Below are positions 29,053 through 38,771 of a stretch of DNA of 64,000 nt, in pieces (the first letter of the stretch is position 1; each line of letters begins with the position of its first letter). Origin of the DNA: Candidatus Latescibacterota bacterium. GTDB taxonomy: Bacteria; Latescibacterota; UBA2968; GCA-2709665. The notes beneath the pieces were generated by a model. That model was not told the DNA's origin, did not search any database, and saw nothing but the letters and a program-made list of their open reading frames with translations. The stretch is taken from positions 96,001 through 160,000 of the forward strand of contig CAXXXF010000007.1 in assembly GCA_963667175.2 (NCBI GenBank). The letters are read 5' to 3'. The position numbers were made by a program, and so were the translations under genes.

Positions 29053-29904
29053 ATGCGAAAGGCATGGACGTGGACCACGACAGGGTATACACTGGCCGGG
29101 AAGTCCCACGATGAAATCGTGGAAACCTGTCGCTTCGCGGGGCTGGCGGGCATCGAGGGCTCACCGCCGCTCTTTGAAGGAAAATCCGAAACCGAACTGC
29201 AGGGACTGGGCGACAGCTATCGAGACGCGGGCCTCTGCATCGAGACGTTTCATCTGCCCTTTTCTGCCGACGACGACATCGCTTCCTTCTATGAAACGAC
29301 ACGCCGGCGGGCCGTGGACAATATGCGCTTCTGGATGAGAAAAGCGTCGCTCCTCGGCGCCACCGTTGGCATCCAGCATCCAACGATCAATCGGACCGAC
29401 GCCGGCGTGGAGGGCCTGGAGACCTATTTCCGCCAGATTGGAAAGAGCCTCGACACGCTCCTGCGGGAAGCGGAAGCTCTCGACTTCACGATCGCCCTTG
29501 AGAATATGCTGCCCTCGGGCGGCGGTCGGTTCACGTCCAGGCCGGAACATTTCGAGCGGATCATCAGGGACTTCGCCCATCCCAACCTGGGCTTCTGCCT
29601 GGACACCGGCCACGCGCTGGTGGCCGGCCGCGGCAAAGCGCACCGCTTCTTTGAAGTCATGGGACCTCGCATCGTCGCCTTTCATCTGGCGGACAACGCG
29701 GGCGACCGGGATTCCCACCTTGCCCCCGGCCACGGCAGAGTGGATTGGCGTGTATTCTTCCGGCATGCCGCTCACATCGGCTACGAACGCACCATGTGCA
29801 TCGAAACCCCGCCCTTCGACTTCGGTCCCGACTATACCGACAGCGCATGGGCTCGGATGGTGGCCGATACGGACGCGTTGGCCGAATCCGCGCTGAAGCG
29901 ATAG
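29053..29904 (+). CDS. Sugar phosphate isomerase/epimerase (TIM barrel)
   Basis: ALENM, CLDTGHA, HLADNAG..DSHLAPG.G. Confidence 0.88.
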   Translation: MRKAWTWTTTGYTLAGKSHDEIVETCRFAGLAGIEGSPPLFEGKSETELQGLGDSYRDAGLCIETFHLPFSADDDIASFYETTRRRAVDNMRFWMRKASLLGATVGIQHPTINRTDAGVEGLETYFRQIGKSLDTLLREAEALDFTIALENMLPSGGGRFTSRPEHFERIIRDFAHPNLGFCLDTGHALVAGRGKAHRFFEVMGPRIVAFHLADNAGDRDSHLAPGHGRVDWRVFFRHAAHIGYERTMCIETPPFDFGPDYTDSAWARMVADTDALAESALKR

Positions 29905-29987
29905 TGGGTCCCAGGGGATCGCATCCGAACCGGTTCGTGAAACCCCGACACGGCATTGACACAACGGGCGATTGGGGAGCAGAAACC

Positions 29988-30776
29988 TTGAGATGGCGGG
30001 AGAAATATGGCGAGTGGGCCGTGGTCACCGGCGCTTCATCGGGCCTGGGGGCCGAATTCGTGAAGCAGGTCGCGGCCAGGGGCCTGAACGTCGTGCTCGT
30101 TGCCCGCCGGGCGGAACGGATGGAAGCGCTCGCCCGCGGCGTCCGACGGGCTCACGGCGTGCAGACGCGCGTCGTATCCGCAGACCTCACGGACCGCAAC
30201 GCCTGCCGGCGGATCGAAGACCGGACCGGCGACCTTGAAGTCGGGCTGCTGGTCAACAACGCCGGTTTCGGCCTCTCCGGGGCTTACACGGACCTGGATC
30301 CCGACCGCGTCGTAAACATGACCGTGTTGAACTGCGTGGTACCGGTACAGCTCACCAACCACTACCTGCCCCGCATGCTCGAGAGACGCCGGGGCGGGCT
30401 GATCTTTCTCGCATCGACCGCCGCGTACCAGGCGACACCGTATCTCGGCGTCTACGGGGCCACGAAAGCCTTCAATCTTCTGATGGGCGAATCCCTCTGG
30501 AAGGAATACAGGAAGGAAGGCATCGACGCGCTGTCGCTCTCGCCCGGTTTTACAAGAACCGAATTCACCCGCGTCGCCCGCATGAAGGATGCGAGCGGCC
30601 TCAGAGAGGCCGCGCCCGATGCCGTCGTAACCCTGGCTTTGAGGAGTCTCGGGAAAAGACCCTCCGTGATCCATGGCCTCGTCAACAGGATGCTCAATTT
30701 CACGGGAAGGTTCATCCCGCGCCGCACGGCGATCGCCATCACCTCCGGCATGCTGAAGGGAAGAGTCCAGCGATGA
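29988..30776 (+). CDS. Short-chain dehydrogenase/reductase
   Basis: TGASSGLG, NNAG, YGATK; TTG start after GGGGAG. Confidence 0.9.
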   Translation: MRWREKYGEWAVVTGASSGLGAEFVKQVAARGLNVVLVARRAERMEALARGVRRAHGVQTRVVSADLTDRNACRRIEDRTGDLEVGLLVNNAGFGLSGAYTDLDPDRVVNMTVLNCVVPVQLTNHYLPRMLERRRGGLIFLASTAAYQATPYLGVYGATKAFNLLMGESLWKEYRKEGIDALSLSPGFTRTEFTRVARMKDASGLREAAPDAVVTLALRSLGKRPSVIHGLVNRMLNFTGRFIPRRTAIAITSGMLKGRVQR

Positions 30777-31891
30777 CTATGCAGTTGGTCTGCCGGACAT
30801 GCGGCGCCACCCATCCCGAGACGACGGGACGCTGGAGGTGCACCTGCGGCGGGCCCCTCGACGTCGACTTCGAGGGCGCCATCGACACGCGCCGGATTGC
30901 CGGGCGGCCTCCCGGAATGTGGCGATACCGGGAAGCGCTGCCGGTCAGCGCGGACCGCCACGTCGTCTCATTCAACGAAGGGTTTACGCCGCTCGTTCAG
31001 ACACAGATCGACGGCAGACGCCTTACCGTCAAGCAGGAGAACCTCTTCCCCACGGGTTCCTTCAAGGACCGCGGCGCATCCGTACTCATCAGTCGCGCGC
31101 TCGAGCTGGGTGTCGAAAAGGTCGTGGAGGACTCCTCCGGCAACGCCGGCGCCGCTGTCGCCGCGTACGCGGCAAAGGCGGGAATGGCGTGTGAGATATT
31201 CGTTCCCGAGTCCACTTCACCCGGAAAACTCGCGCAGATCCGACTCTACGGCGCGAAGCTGATCCGTGTACCCGGCTCCAGGGAAGCCACGGCGCGTGCG
31301 GCCATGAAAGCGGCCGACAGCCACTTCTATGCAAGCCACGTCTGGAACCCGTTTTTCTTTCAGGGGACCAAGACGTACGCATTTGAGATCTGGGAGCAAC
31401 TCGGTTTCACGGCGCCCGACACCCTGATCGTGCCCACCGGGCACGGCACCCTGCTGATCGGCGCCTTTCTTGGATTCCAGGACCTCCTGAAGAACGGGTT
31501 GATCGACCGGCTACCCAGAATAATCGCCGTGCAGGCCGCGGGCTGCGCACCCATCTACCGGATGTGGCGGGATCAACTCTCGGAGATTCCCCATGCCTCC
31601 TCCGGGGACACCGTTGCCGAGGGAATTGCCATCGCCGAACCCGCGCGCGCTTCGCAGATCCTCGACGTCGTTCGGGAGACCGGCGGCCAGGTCATTTCCG
31701 TGACCGACGACGAAATCGAAAATGCCCTGCTGGAAATCTGCAACCTGGGCCTTTACGCCGAACCCACCTCAGCAACCGCCATCGCGGCCTTCAGGAAAAC
31801 CCCGGAGACCGTTGGCGAGCGTATTGTAGCGCCACTCACGGGACACGGGCTCAAGTCGACTGAAAAGATGCTCAAACTGGCCGAAGACTGA
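30773..31891 (+). CDS. Threonine synthase-like PLP enzyme
   Basis: N-terminal CxxC/CxC, PTGSFKDRG, DSSGNAG, PLTGHGLK. Confidence 0.85.
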   Translation: MTMQLVCRTCGATHPETTGRWRCTCGGPLDVDFEGAIDTRRIAGRPPGMWRYREALPVSADRHVVSFNEGFTPLVQTQIDGRRLTVKQENLFPTGSFKDRGASVLISRALELGVEKVVEDSSGNAGAAVAAYAAKAGMACEIFVPESTSPGKLAQIRLYGAKLIRVPGSREATARAAMKAADSHFYASHVWNPFFFQGTKTYAFEIWEQLGFTAPDTLIVPTGHGTLLIGAFLGFQDLLKNGLIDRLPRIIAVQAAGCAPIYRMWRDQLSEIPHASSGDTVAEGIAIAEPARASQILDVVRETGGQVISVTDDEIENALLEICNLGLYAEPTSATAIAAFRKTPETVGERIVAPLTGHGLKSTEKMLKLAED

Positions 31892-31918
31892 CGCTTCGCG
31901 GACCGCAACCGTAGCCCG

Positions 31919-32791
31919 TCATGCCGCCCGAATGCCCAGCCACTCGTTCTCGTCCAGGACCTCCTCCACCCTTAGACCGGCCGTCCTCACCGCCTTCAGA
32001 ATCGTCGCCCGTTCCCGAACCCGCACGCCCCCCAGGATCAGATTGCCCCGCGCGGCCACGCGTGAGGCCAGCGAAAGCAGCAACGGGCGCAGTGTCCCGC
32101 TGTCGATATTGGCGACGACCACGTCGAAATCACCCGTAACCCCGTCAACGGTTCCCACGCGGAACACCACGTCGCCGGCAATCTCATTCAGGCGCATATT
32201 CGACCACGCGTTCTGCACGGCCGTCGTATCGATATCGATACCCGTCACCCGCGCAGCGCCAAGTCTGGCCGCGGCGAGACTCAGGATCCCTGAGCCCGTG
32301 CCCACGTCCAGCACGGTGTCGCCCGGTTTCACGACGGCGTGCATCATCTTCAGCGCCAGCCGTGTCGATTCGTGGTGACCGGTTCCAAAGGCCGTCTTCG
32401 GCTCGATGACCAGCGTGAATCCGCCCTCCGGATCGCCGACGCGTTCCCAGGGCGGACAGACCGCAACCGCCGGAACCGGGTAGACGGGCCGGAAACGGGA
32501 CTTCCACGACGACTTCCAATCCTCCGGAGGGACCTCCGCCACTTCCACGCGCACGGACCGCAGATCTCCGAACGTCGATACCAGTCCGCTCCACAGGCCG
32601 GATACCACGCGGACGCTGCGTTTTTCAGGGGGAAAGTACGCCTTCAGTCCGGTCTTGCCGCCTGCCGCGCCACCTTGCGCCTCCAGTCCGCTGCTTCCCA
32701 GGCGGAACAGCAGATCCGAAACCGCTTCCGACGCGTACGCCGGCAGGCTCACGTCGATCCTGAACCATCGGTCCTCAACCCTGCCATCCAT
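31919..32791 (-). CDS. prmA: Ribosomal protein L11 methyltransferase
   Basis: EDWKSSWK, IEPKTAFGTGHHESTRL, LDVGTGSGIL, VVANI. Confidence 0.92.
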   Translation of the reverse strand: MDGRVEDRWFRIDVSLPAYASEAVSDLLFRLGSSGLEAQGGAAGGKTGLKAYFPPEKRSVRVVSGLWSGLVSTFGDLRSVRVEVAEVPPEDWKSSWKSRFRPVYPVPAVAVCPPWERVGDPEGGFTLVIEPKTAFGTGHHESTRLALKMMHAVVKPGDTVLDVGTGSGILSLAAARLGAARVTGIDIDTTAVQNAWSNMRLNEIAGDVVFRVGTVDGVTGDFDVVVANIDSGTLRPLLLSLASRVAARGNLILGGVRVRERATILKAVRTAGLRVEEVLDENEWLGIRAA

Positions 32792-32826
32792 GCCCGAATC
32801 CCCGTTGAACCGGCGTTGTCGCGTTG

Positions 32827-34482
32827 CTACAGGACCTCCAGTTTCAGCACATGCCGGTCCACGTCCGCGGAAAAGGGCAGAACCACCACCAGCCGCGCCT
32901 CCTCGATGGTCGAATCCCCGGCTTTTCGATAGGGATTGTGCGGCAGCGCCGGCCACACCACGCGGCTGTCGGGCGGCAGACGCAATCGCCAGCCCGCGTG
33001 TTCCAGCCACGCCTCGCCTGCCCATTCCGCCTCCGCTTCACCCAGCATCGCGGCCTCTCCGGACGCAAATCTCACCTCCCGATCCAGGTGCGGCATCAAC
33101 GTCGCGTGTCCGTCTACCGGCAAACCGGAGTTCGCCGTGGCGCTAAACACCAGAGTCAGCTCGGTTTCGGACTCGATCCTCGCCTCCACCCCGCAGGTCT
33201 CCTCTCCGTAGCGCATCCTCAGCCGCCCGCCGGCTTCGTCCGAATCGTACGAGAGTTCATCCGGCACGTGGATTAATCCGTCGGGCACGTTGAAGTCAGG
33301 ATCCTCGTCTCCGGGCGTGTGTGCCAGCAGTCCCTTGTCGCCCACGGTAAAGTTACTCCACAGAGGCTGCAACTTGGTATTCCCGCCGCCCAGCACCAGC
33401 CCCACGCCGTCGTGAAACACGCTGACGAAATTCTGCCGGTCCTGGCCCCACCGGTTCTGGGGAAAATCCACGACAAAGGCCGATAGACAGAGGAACCAGG
33501 GGCTGTTCCTCACCGCGGTCGCCTCGTCCCCCATCCGGTAAACGTGCCGGGCCCGTCCGGCAGCGGTCTCCTCTGCCTCTCCACGGCCGCCGTTCAGCAG
33601 CAGGTTCGCGGCATAATCCGGATCGAACCGCGCGCCCTCCGCCAGAAACAGCCCGTGCAGGCGCGCCAGATACCCTCTGCCTGCGGCCGTGTGGCTGAAA
33701 CCCGCATTGCCCAGGCGAATTCCCGCGTGATACGGATTGCGCCCGTCCACCGTTTCTACCGGGCTGCCGTCCGGATAGGTCAGACTCGCGTGATAACGCG
33801 CCGCCCGGTCCAGCGCCGGCAGCACCGCCGCGTCGCCGGACATCCCGTAGTAGATGCCCAGCGATTCCGAATAGACGTAGTTGTACGCCACGACCGGTCC
33901 ATTGTGCTCCGGCCACCACCCGTGGGGCGATTGCGCGCCGGCCACCTTTGCCATGAACGCCCGCGACTGGTTTCGCCAGTCCTCCCGGCCGAATACCGTA
34001 CCGGCGCAGAACAGAGCCATCGAATGATGCGCGGGAATATTGTGGACGTGTGCCAGACAGGTCCTGGCGATGCCGTCGAACCCCAACAGCAGCGCGTCGT
34101 CCCATCGGGCGCGCGCATCGGCGTCCAATGCGTCCCGGACGATCTGATACGCGCGCATCCAGCGGCTGTAGGTCCAGGGCATCAGGATCTGTCCCCACTC
34201 CGAATGGTCCTTCTTCAGAAACGTCCACTTCCCTTCCTCATCCTGCGCGTGAATCAGCGCGTCGCCGCCCCGAACGATCGCTTCCAGCACCTCGCCGTTC
34301 CTGTAAAACTTGCTCTCCTCCAGGCGCCAGGCCGCTGCAAGGGGGAAGATCACGTTCTGGTCGCCACAGATCCACGGCTCCGTTCCGAACTGTCCGTTCT
34401 CCTTCTGAGACGCCAGGATGTCCGGTACCGCCGCATCCAGCGACGCCAGCAACTCCGGTTCAGGACTCCAACCCTTTGCCAT
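32827..34482 (-). CDS. Hypothetical protein, alpha/alpha-toroid plus beta-sandwich (polysaccharide lyase-like)
   Basis: HNIPAH, GWWPEHNGPVVAYN, YPDGSPVETVDGRN; start at MAKGW. Confidence 0.6.
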   Translation of the reverse strand: MAKGWSPEPELLASLDAAVPDILASQKENGQFGTEPWICGDQNVIFPLAAAWRLEESKFYRNGEVLEAIVRGGDALIHAQDEEGKWTFLKKDHSEWGQILMPWTYSRWMRAYQIVRDALDADARARWDDALLLGFDGIARTCLAHVHNIPAHHSMALFCAGTVFGREDWRNQSRAFMAKVAGAQSPHGWWPEHNGPVVAYNYVYSESLGIYYGMSGDAAVLPALDRAARYHASLTYPDGSPVETVDGRNPYHAGIRLGNAGFSHTAAGRGYLARLHGLFLAEGARFDPDYAANLLLNGGRGEAEETAAGRARHVYRMGDEATAVRNSPWFLCLSAFVVDFPQNRWGQDRQNFVSVFHDGVGLVLGGGNTKLQPLWSNFTVGDKGLLAHTPGDEDPDFNVPDGLIHVPDELSYDSDEAGGRLRMRYGEETCGVEARIESETELTLVFSATANSGLPVDGHATLMPHLDREVRFASGEAAMLGEAEAEWAGEAWLEHAGWRLRLPPDSRVVWPALPHNPYRKAGDSTIEEARLVVVLPFSADVDRHVLKLEVL

Positions 34483-34543
34483 CCAATGTCTCCTTCCAAT
34501 TGGGCTGTCGGGCCGTGTACCCGGCCACGGCCCGACGCCGCGT

Positions 34544-35521
34544 TTATCGTATGCTTGCCTCGGGCGCCCGCCGGAATCGCAGCCAGTCAACGGGCGCGTA
34601 GTCGTCCGTCAGCGCGGGTACGCCGCGGACCACGGGCTTGCGCTCGCCGAATGGCGTCGTCGGGATCAGCAACGCCAACGCGTCGCCGATTTCCGATTTC
34701 AAGCCACGTATCGCCCGTACGATTTCACTTCCGCTGCGACGGTTTGCATCCAGCGTGGCGACCGCCACAATGTTGCTCCGCTCCGGCACCTGAAAGAGGT
34801 ACACCTGCGGAAATACCCGGGCCAGCGTCCGTATTAGCGACAGGTACAGGACACCCGGCCCGAGCGGCGCCACGTTCATGCTCACAACGCCGCGAGGCGT
34901 CAGGATTCCCTTCACCTCCCTGAAGAATTCCTCCGTTGCCACGTGGTGCGGCATGGAGTCCGCATGAAACGCGTCCAGTACGATCCAGTCGTAACGTTCG
35001 CCCGTCCGTTTTACGAACATCCGCCCGTCGTCCACGTGGATTCTGAGAGCGGCGTCCGCTTCGACGCCAAAAAAAAACGCCTGGCCACGCCAACCACGTG
35101 GGGGTCCAGTTCGACCACGTCCATCGCGACCTCCGGACAGGCGGACCGGACGAATCGTGCGACCGATCCCCCCGCCAGTCCGATCATCAGCACACGTTCC
35201 GGTTTCGTGAACGCCATTCCCAACGCAAGGTACGCCGTGTACGGAACGCGCAGCGCCGTCGGGTTTGCAAGCGTCATCGCGCTCTGTTTCGCGCCGTAAC
35301 CGAATCGGAGGTAGCGGGCTTCGCGGTCTTCCGATACCACGATGTGATTGTACAATGAGTCGTGGACGTAGACCGGCTTTTCCTGCTCCGGGATTCCCGG
35401 TCGGACGTCGCATGCCGCGAGGGGAAAAACCGACAGAACCAGAGGGAGAATGCCGAACGGAAACCGATTGATCGCAGGACGATGATCGGGAACACCCGGC
35501 GTGACGTACAACGCAGCGCAT
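34544..35521 (-). pseudogene. Spermidine synthase-like methyltransferase, frameshifted at an A9 run (35069-35077); start uncertain
   Basis: One frame reads QSAM..Y..IGLAGGS..VVELDP.VV.VARRFF; another continues GVEAD..DDGR.F..YDWIVLDAF..LTDDYAPV. Confidence 0.75.
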
Positions 35522-35599
35522 CCCGTCCGGTCCTGCGCTTTCGACAATACGCGAATAACCCGCATCCTCTCCCTCGTCTCGTCCGCAGCGCGCGCGTGG

Positions 35600-36202
35600 T
35601 CACGACCGGTCTTCGAGCGATACGGCCCGCCCGTGCGTACCCCACATCGCCATCGCCGCCAGCACCAGGAGTACGGCGCCGATCAGGTGGAGTACGTGCC
35701 GCACCCCCATGGCGGGTATCAGGTAAAACGCGGTGCCGAGCGTCCCGGCGATGCTTCCCGCCGCGGACAACGCGGATACCGTCCCCGCAACGGCCCCGAC
35801 CCTGTCGACCCGATCCGCGAGCATCCGGACAACAAAGGGCGTGACGGCGCCCAATGCCACGCCCGGTATCGCAAAAAGCACGATCGAAGCCAGCAGCGGC
35901 CCGCCCCGCGGACCCGCATCCATGGCAAAAACGGCACGATTCACCGACGCCGCCACCCAGGGCAGCAACAACGCCAGCGCCCCCGCGAGGCCAAGCAACG
36001 CGGCCAGGGGCGTTCCCGAAGGCATGCGGTCCGCCAGCTTCCCTCCGGAATACGCGCCCAGACTCAGCGCGGCCAGTACGACGGCGATCAGGCTGCCCCA
36101 GACGAAAACGGAACTGCCGAAATACGGCGCAAGCACCCGGCTGCCCACGATCTCAAGCCCCATCAGCGCGGCGCCGGCAAAAAAAGCAATCAGCTTCAAC
36201 AT
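35600..36202 (-). CDS. Membrane (MFS-like) partner of spermidine synthase-like proteins
   Basis: LEIVGSRVLAPYFGSSVFVW, AGSIAGTLGTAFYLIP. Confidence 0.85.
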   Translation of the reverse strand: MLKLIAFFAGAALMGLEIVGSRVLAPYFGSSVFVWGSLIAVVLAALSLGAYSGGKLADRMPSGTPLAALLGLAGALALLLPWVAASVNRAVFAMDAGPRGGPLLASIVLFAIPGVALGAVTPFVVRMLADRVDRVGAVAGTVSALSAAGSIAGTLGTAFYLIPAMGVRHVLHLIGAVLLVLAAMAMWGTHGRAVSLEDRS

Positions 36203-36392
36203 ATCCCGCCAAACCCTGGCATGAGTCGACCCGGACCCGACGGACGTTCGATTGACGGTCCGGCGAGGAATTCATCCCCATCGCAGGTACGCTGTTCAAT
36301 GTACGTACAGAACATGGGGCTGCAAAAAGAATTCGCAGCCCTGTAATCTCGAAAGTTTCCGGACGCCCTCGCGATGCCGGGCTCCTCCGTGC

Positions 36393-36893
36393 TCAGAACG
36401 GGAGATCGTCGTCGGCGCCGTAGTCCGGCGGGCCCGACCCGCCCTGACCCGCGTCCGGACTGCCGCCCGTTTCGGCGGTACCCTGCCGATTGCCGGAGGC
36501 TCCCTCTGCCTGCGGACGCTGTCCCTGGAAAAACCGCCACCGGCATCGGGATCGTCGCGCCCACTCAGCATCTGCATATCTCTGGCAACCACCTCGGTCG
36601 TATAGCGCTTCTGCCCGTCCTGTCCTTCCCAGCTACGGGTCTGCAGGCGCCCCTCAATGAAAACTTTGCTGCCCTTCCGCAGGTACTGATTGCAGATTTC
36701 CGCCAGCCTGCCCCATACGACGATCCGGTGCCACTCGGTACGTTCCTGGCGCTCGCCGGATTTATCGTTCCAACTCTCGTTTGTCGCGATGTTGAAGTTC
36801 GACACCGCCGACCCGTTCGGCGTGTATCGCAATTCCGGATCCGCCCCGATATTGCCAATGAGGATCACCTTGTTCCACTCCACCACGTGCCAT
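36393..36893 (-). CDS. ssb: Single-stranded DNA-binding protein, with two apparent frameshifts
   Basis: MARGGV / [18 protein letters not shown]...TEWHRIV...EGRLQTRSW / ...DDDLPF-stop lie in discordant frames; breaks near 36875 and in the A5 run at 36529-36533. Confidence 0.9.
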
Positions 36894-36971
36894 GGCTAAT
36901 CTCCTTTAAATTAAATAAAATCAATCTTTTATGGATTATGGCACAATCCTTGGCGAAATAGCGTTCAATCG

Positions 36972-37000
36972 AATATACTCTCGATTCCGCGGCTTGTCAA
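36972..37000 (-). promoter_or_regulatory. sigma70 promoter of ssb
   Basis: Minus strand TTGACA-17 nt-TATATT. Confidence 0.7.
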
Positions 37001-37121
37001 CAGAGCCCGGAATAAACGACCTCTTTAGCCTGTATTCGAGACACGACTCCACATCAGTGTCCTGTCCCGGAAATAAGTTTCCAAATTCGGCCGCCGCCGA
37101 CAGTTGACGCCGAACCGCCCT

Positions 37122-37955
37122 TCAGGCCAGGGACCGGAAAAAATCGCGGAACCTGATCGTCTCCGAGACGTTGTCGCACTCGTTGCAGTGCTCCCAGTCG
37201 ATCCAGACGTACTCGACGCCCAGCCATCCCCGGTATCCGGTCGCTTTCATCACGTCCACAACCCGCCGATAGTCAATGACGTTGTGATCGAAGGACGTCT
37301 GTATCCTGCCTCTGCGTGCGCCGCGCGCATGGAAGTGGCTGGCATATGCCATGAGGGGCTCCACGTCGGAATCCGGAAGGCCGGCTTTCGTGAAGTGCGT
37401 GTAATCCAGCGTCAGGGTCAGGCCGGGTACGGCCTGTACCAGCCGCAGTACCGATTTCGGACGGGGAGCGAGAGAACCGACGTGCGCGGCTCAACGCCGA
37501 AGACGATGCCGTGCTCGCCCGCCTTCGCCACACGCCAGTTCAATTCATCGACGGCCCGGCTGAACGAATCCGCCCGGGACTCGCCCTCGTTATAGACACC
37601 CGGAAGCGTCGTGACGTGCGCGCAACCGCACTCGGCGGCGTATTCCAGCGTCTTCAGAAACCAGTCGCGCGCTCTCCGACGTCGCGCCTCCTTCGGATGA
37701 TTGATGGCGTAGGGCACGAAATCCATCGCCGTCTGCAAGAAAACGTCCGCAGGCTTCAGTCCGAAGCCGTCCAGCTTTCTCTTGAGTCTGCGGGCGGAGC
37801 GCGGCACGTCGTGAAACTCACGCGAAGGGCCACAGATGAGACCTCTCCTCGAAGAGACCGACGTCAACACCCTCGAACCCCAGCATGGAGACCAGTTGAA
37901 GCGCCCCGTCGTGCGGAAGCAGGGGAAACGTAAAATCCGAGCACGCCAGATTCAT
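37122..37955 (-). pseudogene. Sugar phosphate isomerase/epimerase, frameshifted (probably a sequencing artefact)
   Basis: Fragments MNLACSDFTFPLL..., ...HVTTLPGV...FGVEP and ...TLDYTHF...HFHARG...GVEYVW lie in different frames. Confidence 0.75.
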
Positions 37956-37957
37956 GG

Positions 37958-38768
37958 TCACGGTTCCTCCCGGAAACGTGTTGGACCCGCCGTCTCCCAC
38001 TCCGCCGCGGCGATGTAACCGCCATCGACGACCAGTGACGTGCCCGGTGATTCCGGCGGACGCTTCCGTGCAGAAGTAAAGCGCTGCCCGCGCCACGTCC
38101 ATGGGTCTGATGACGGCGCCCGTCGGGACGCGCTGCAGGCGCTGCGCCAGCGTGGCCTCCGGGTCAGGCGTGGTGTTCAGATGGTACCGTAACATGGGTG
38201 TGTCCGTAATGCCCGGACAGATGCAGTTGCAGCGCAGCCCGTCTCCCGCGTAGTCCAGCGCAATGGACCGGGTCAATCCCAGCACCGCGTGCTTGGACGT
38301 GGTGTAGGCGGGCGTATTCGCCTGACCGATAAAGCTGCCGACCGATCCGATATTCACCATATAACTTCGCCGATGCTCCCGTAGGTGCGGAATGCCGTAC
38401 TTGACCGAAAAGAAAACGGACTTGAGATTGACCCCCATCAAACGGTCCCAGTCCCTCCCGGAATACGTGTGCAGGCACGCAACATGCACGATTCCCGCGC
38501 AGTTGACAATCGTCTGCAGGCCGTCGAAATTCGTCACCGTCGCCTCGATGGACTCCCGCACCTGCTCTTCCTGTGCAACGTCGCACCCCAGAAAGATCGC
38601 CTCACCTCCCCGTTTCCTGATACGATGCGCCACCGAGCGGCCACGCTCCTCCTGGACGTCGACAACGGCGACGCTGGCGCCTTCGGAGGCGAACAGTTCG
38701 GCCGTGGCCTCTCCCATTCCGGAAGCGCCCCCGCTCACCCAGGCGACCTGTCCGTCCATGCGTCCCAT
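37958..38768 (-). CDS. Short-chain dehydrogenase/reductase, frameshift near 38043
   Basis: SGGASGMG, NCAG, YTTSK, CICPGITDTPM; the normal C-terminus ITGTSLVVDGG needs a one-base shift. Confidence 0.85.
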
Positions 38769-38771
38769 CCG

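Noticed and set aside
36393-36893. Programmed frameshifting or true pseudogenisation of ssb
   Set aside because: It lies within a local cluster of homopolymer indels in unrelated genes; assembly error is more parsimonious.
36939-36954. TGGCACAATCCTTGGC, a sigma54-like box near ssb
   Set aside because: The -12 element is GG rather than GC, and it points away from ssb towards no co-oriented gene.
37055-37082. CAGTGTCCTGTCCCGGAAATAAG, resembling an IS terminal repeat
   Set aside because: Single occurrence, with no partner end or transposase in the window.
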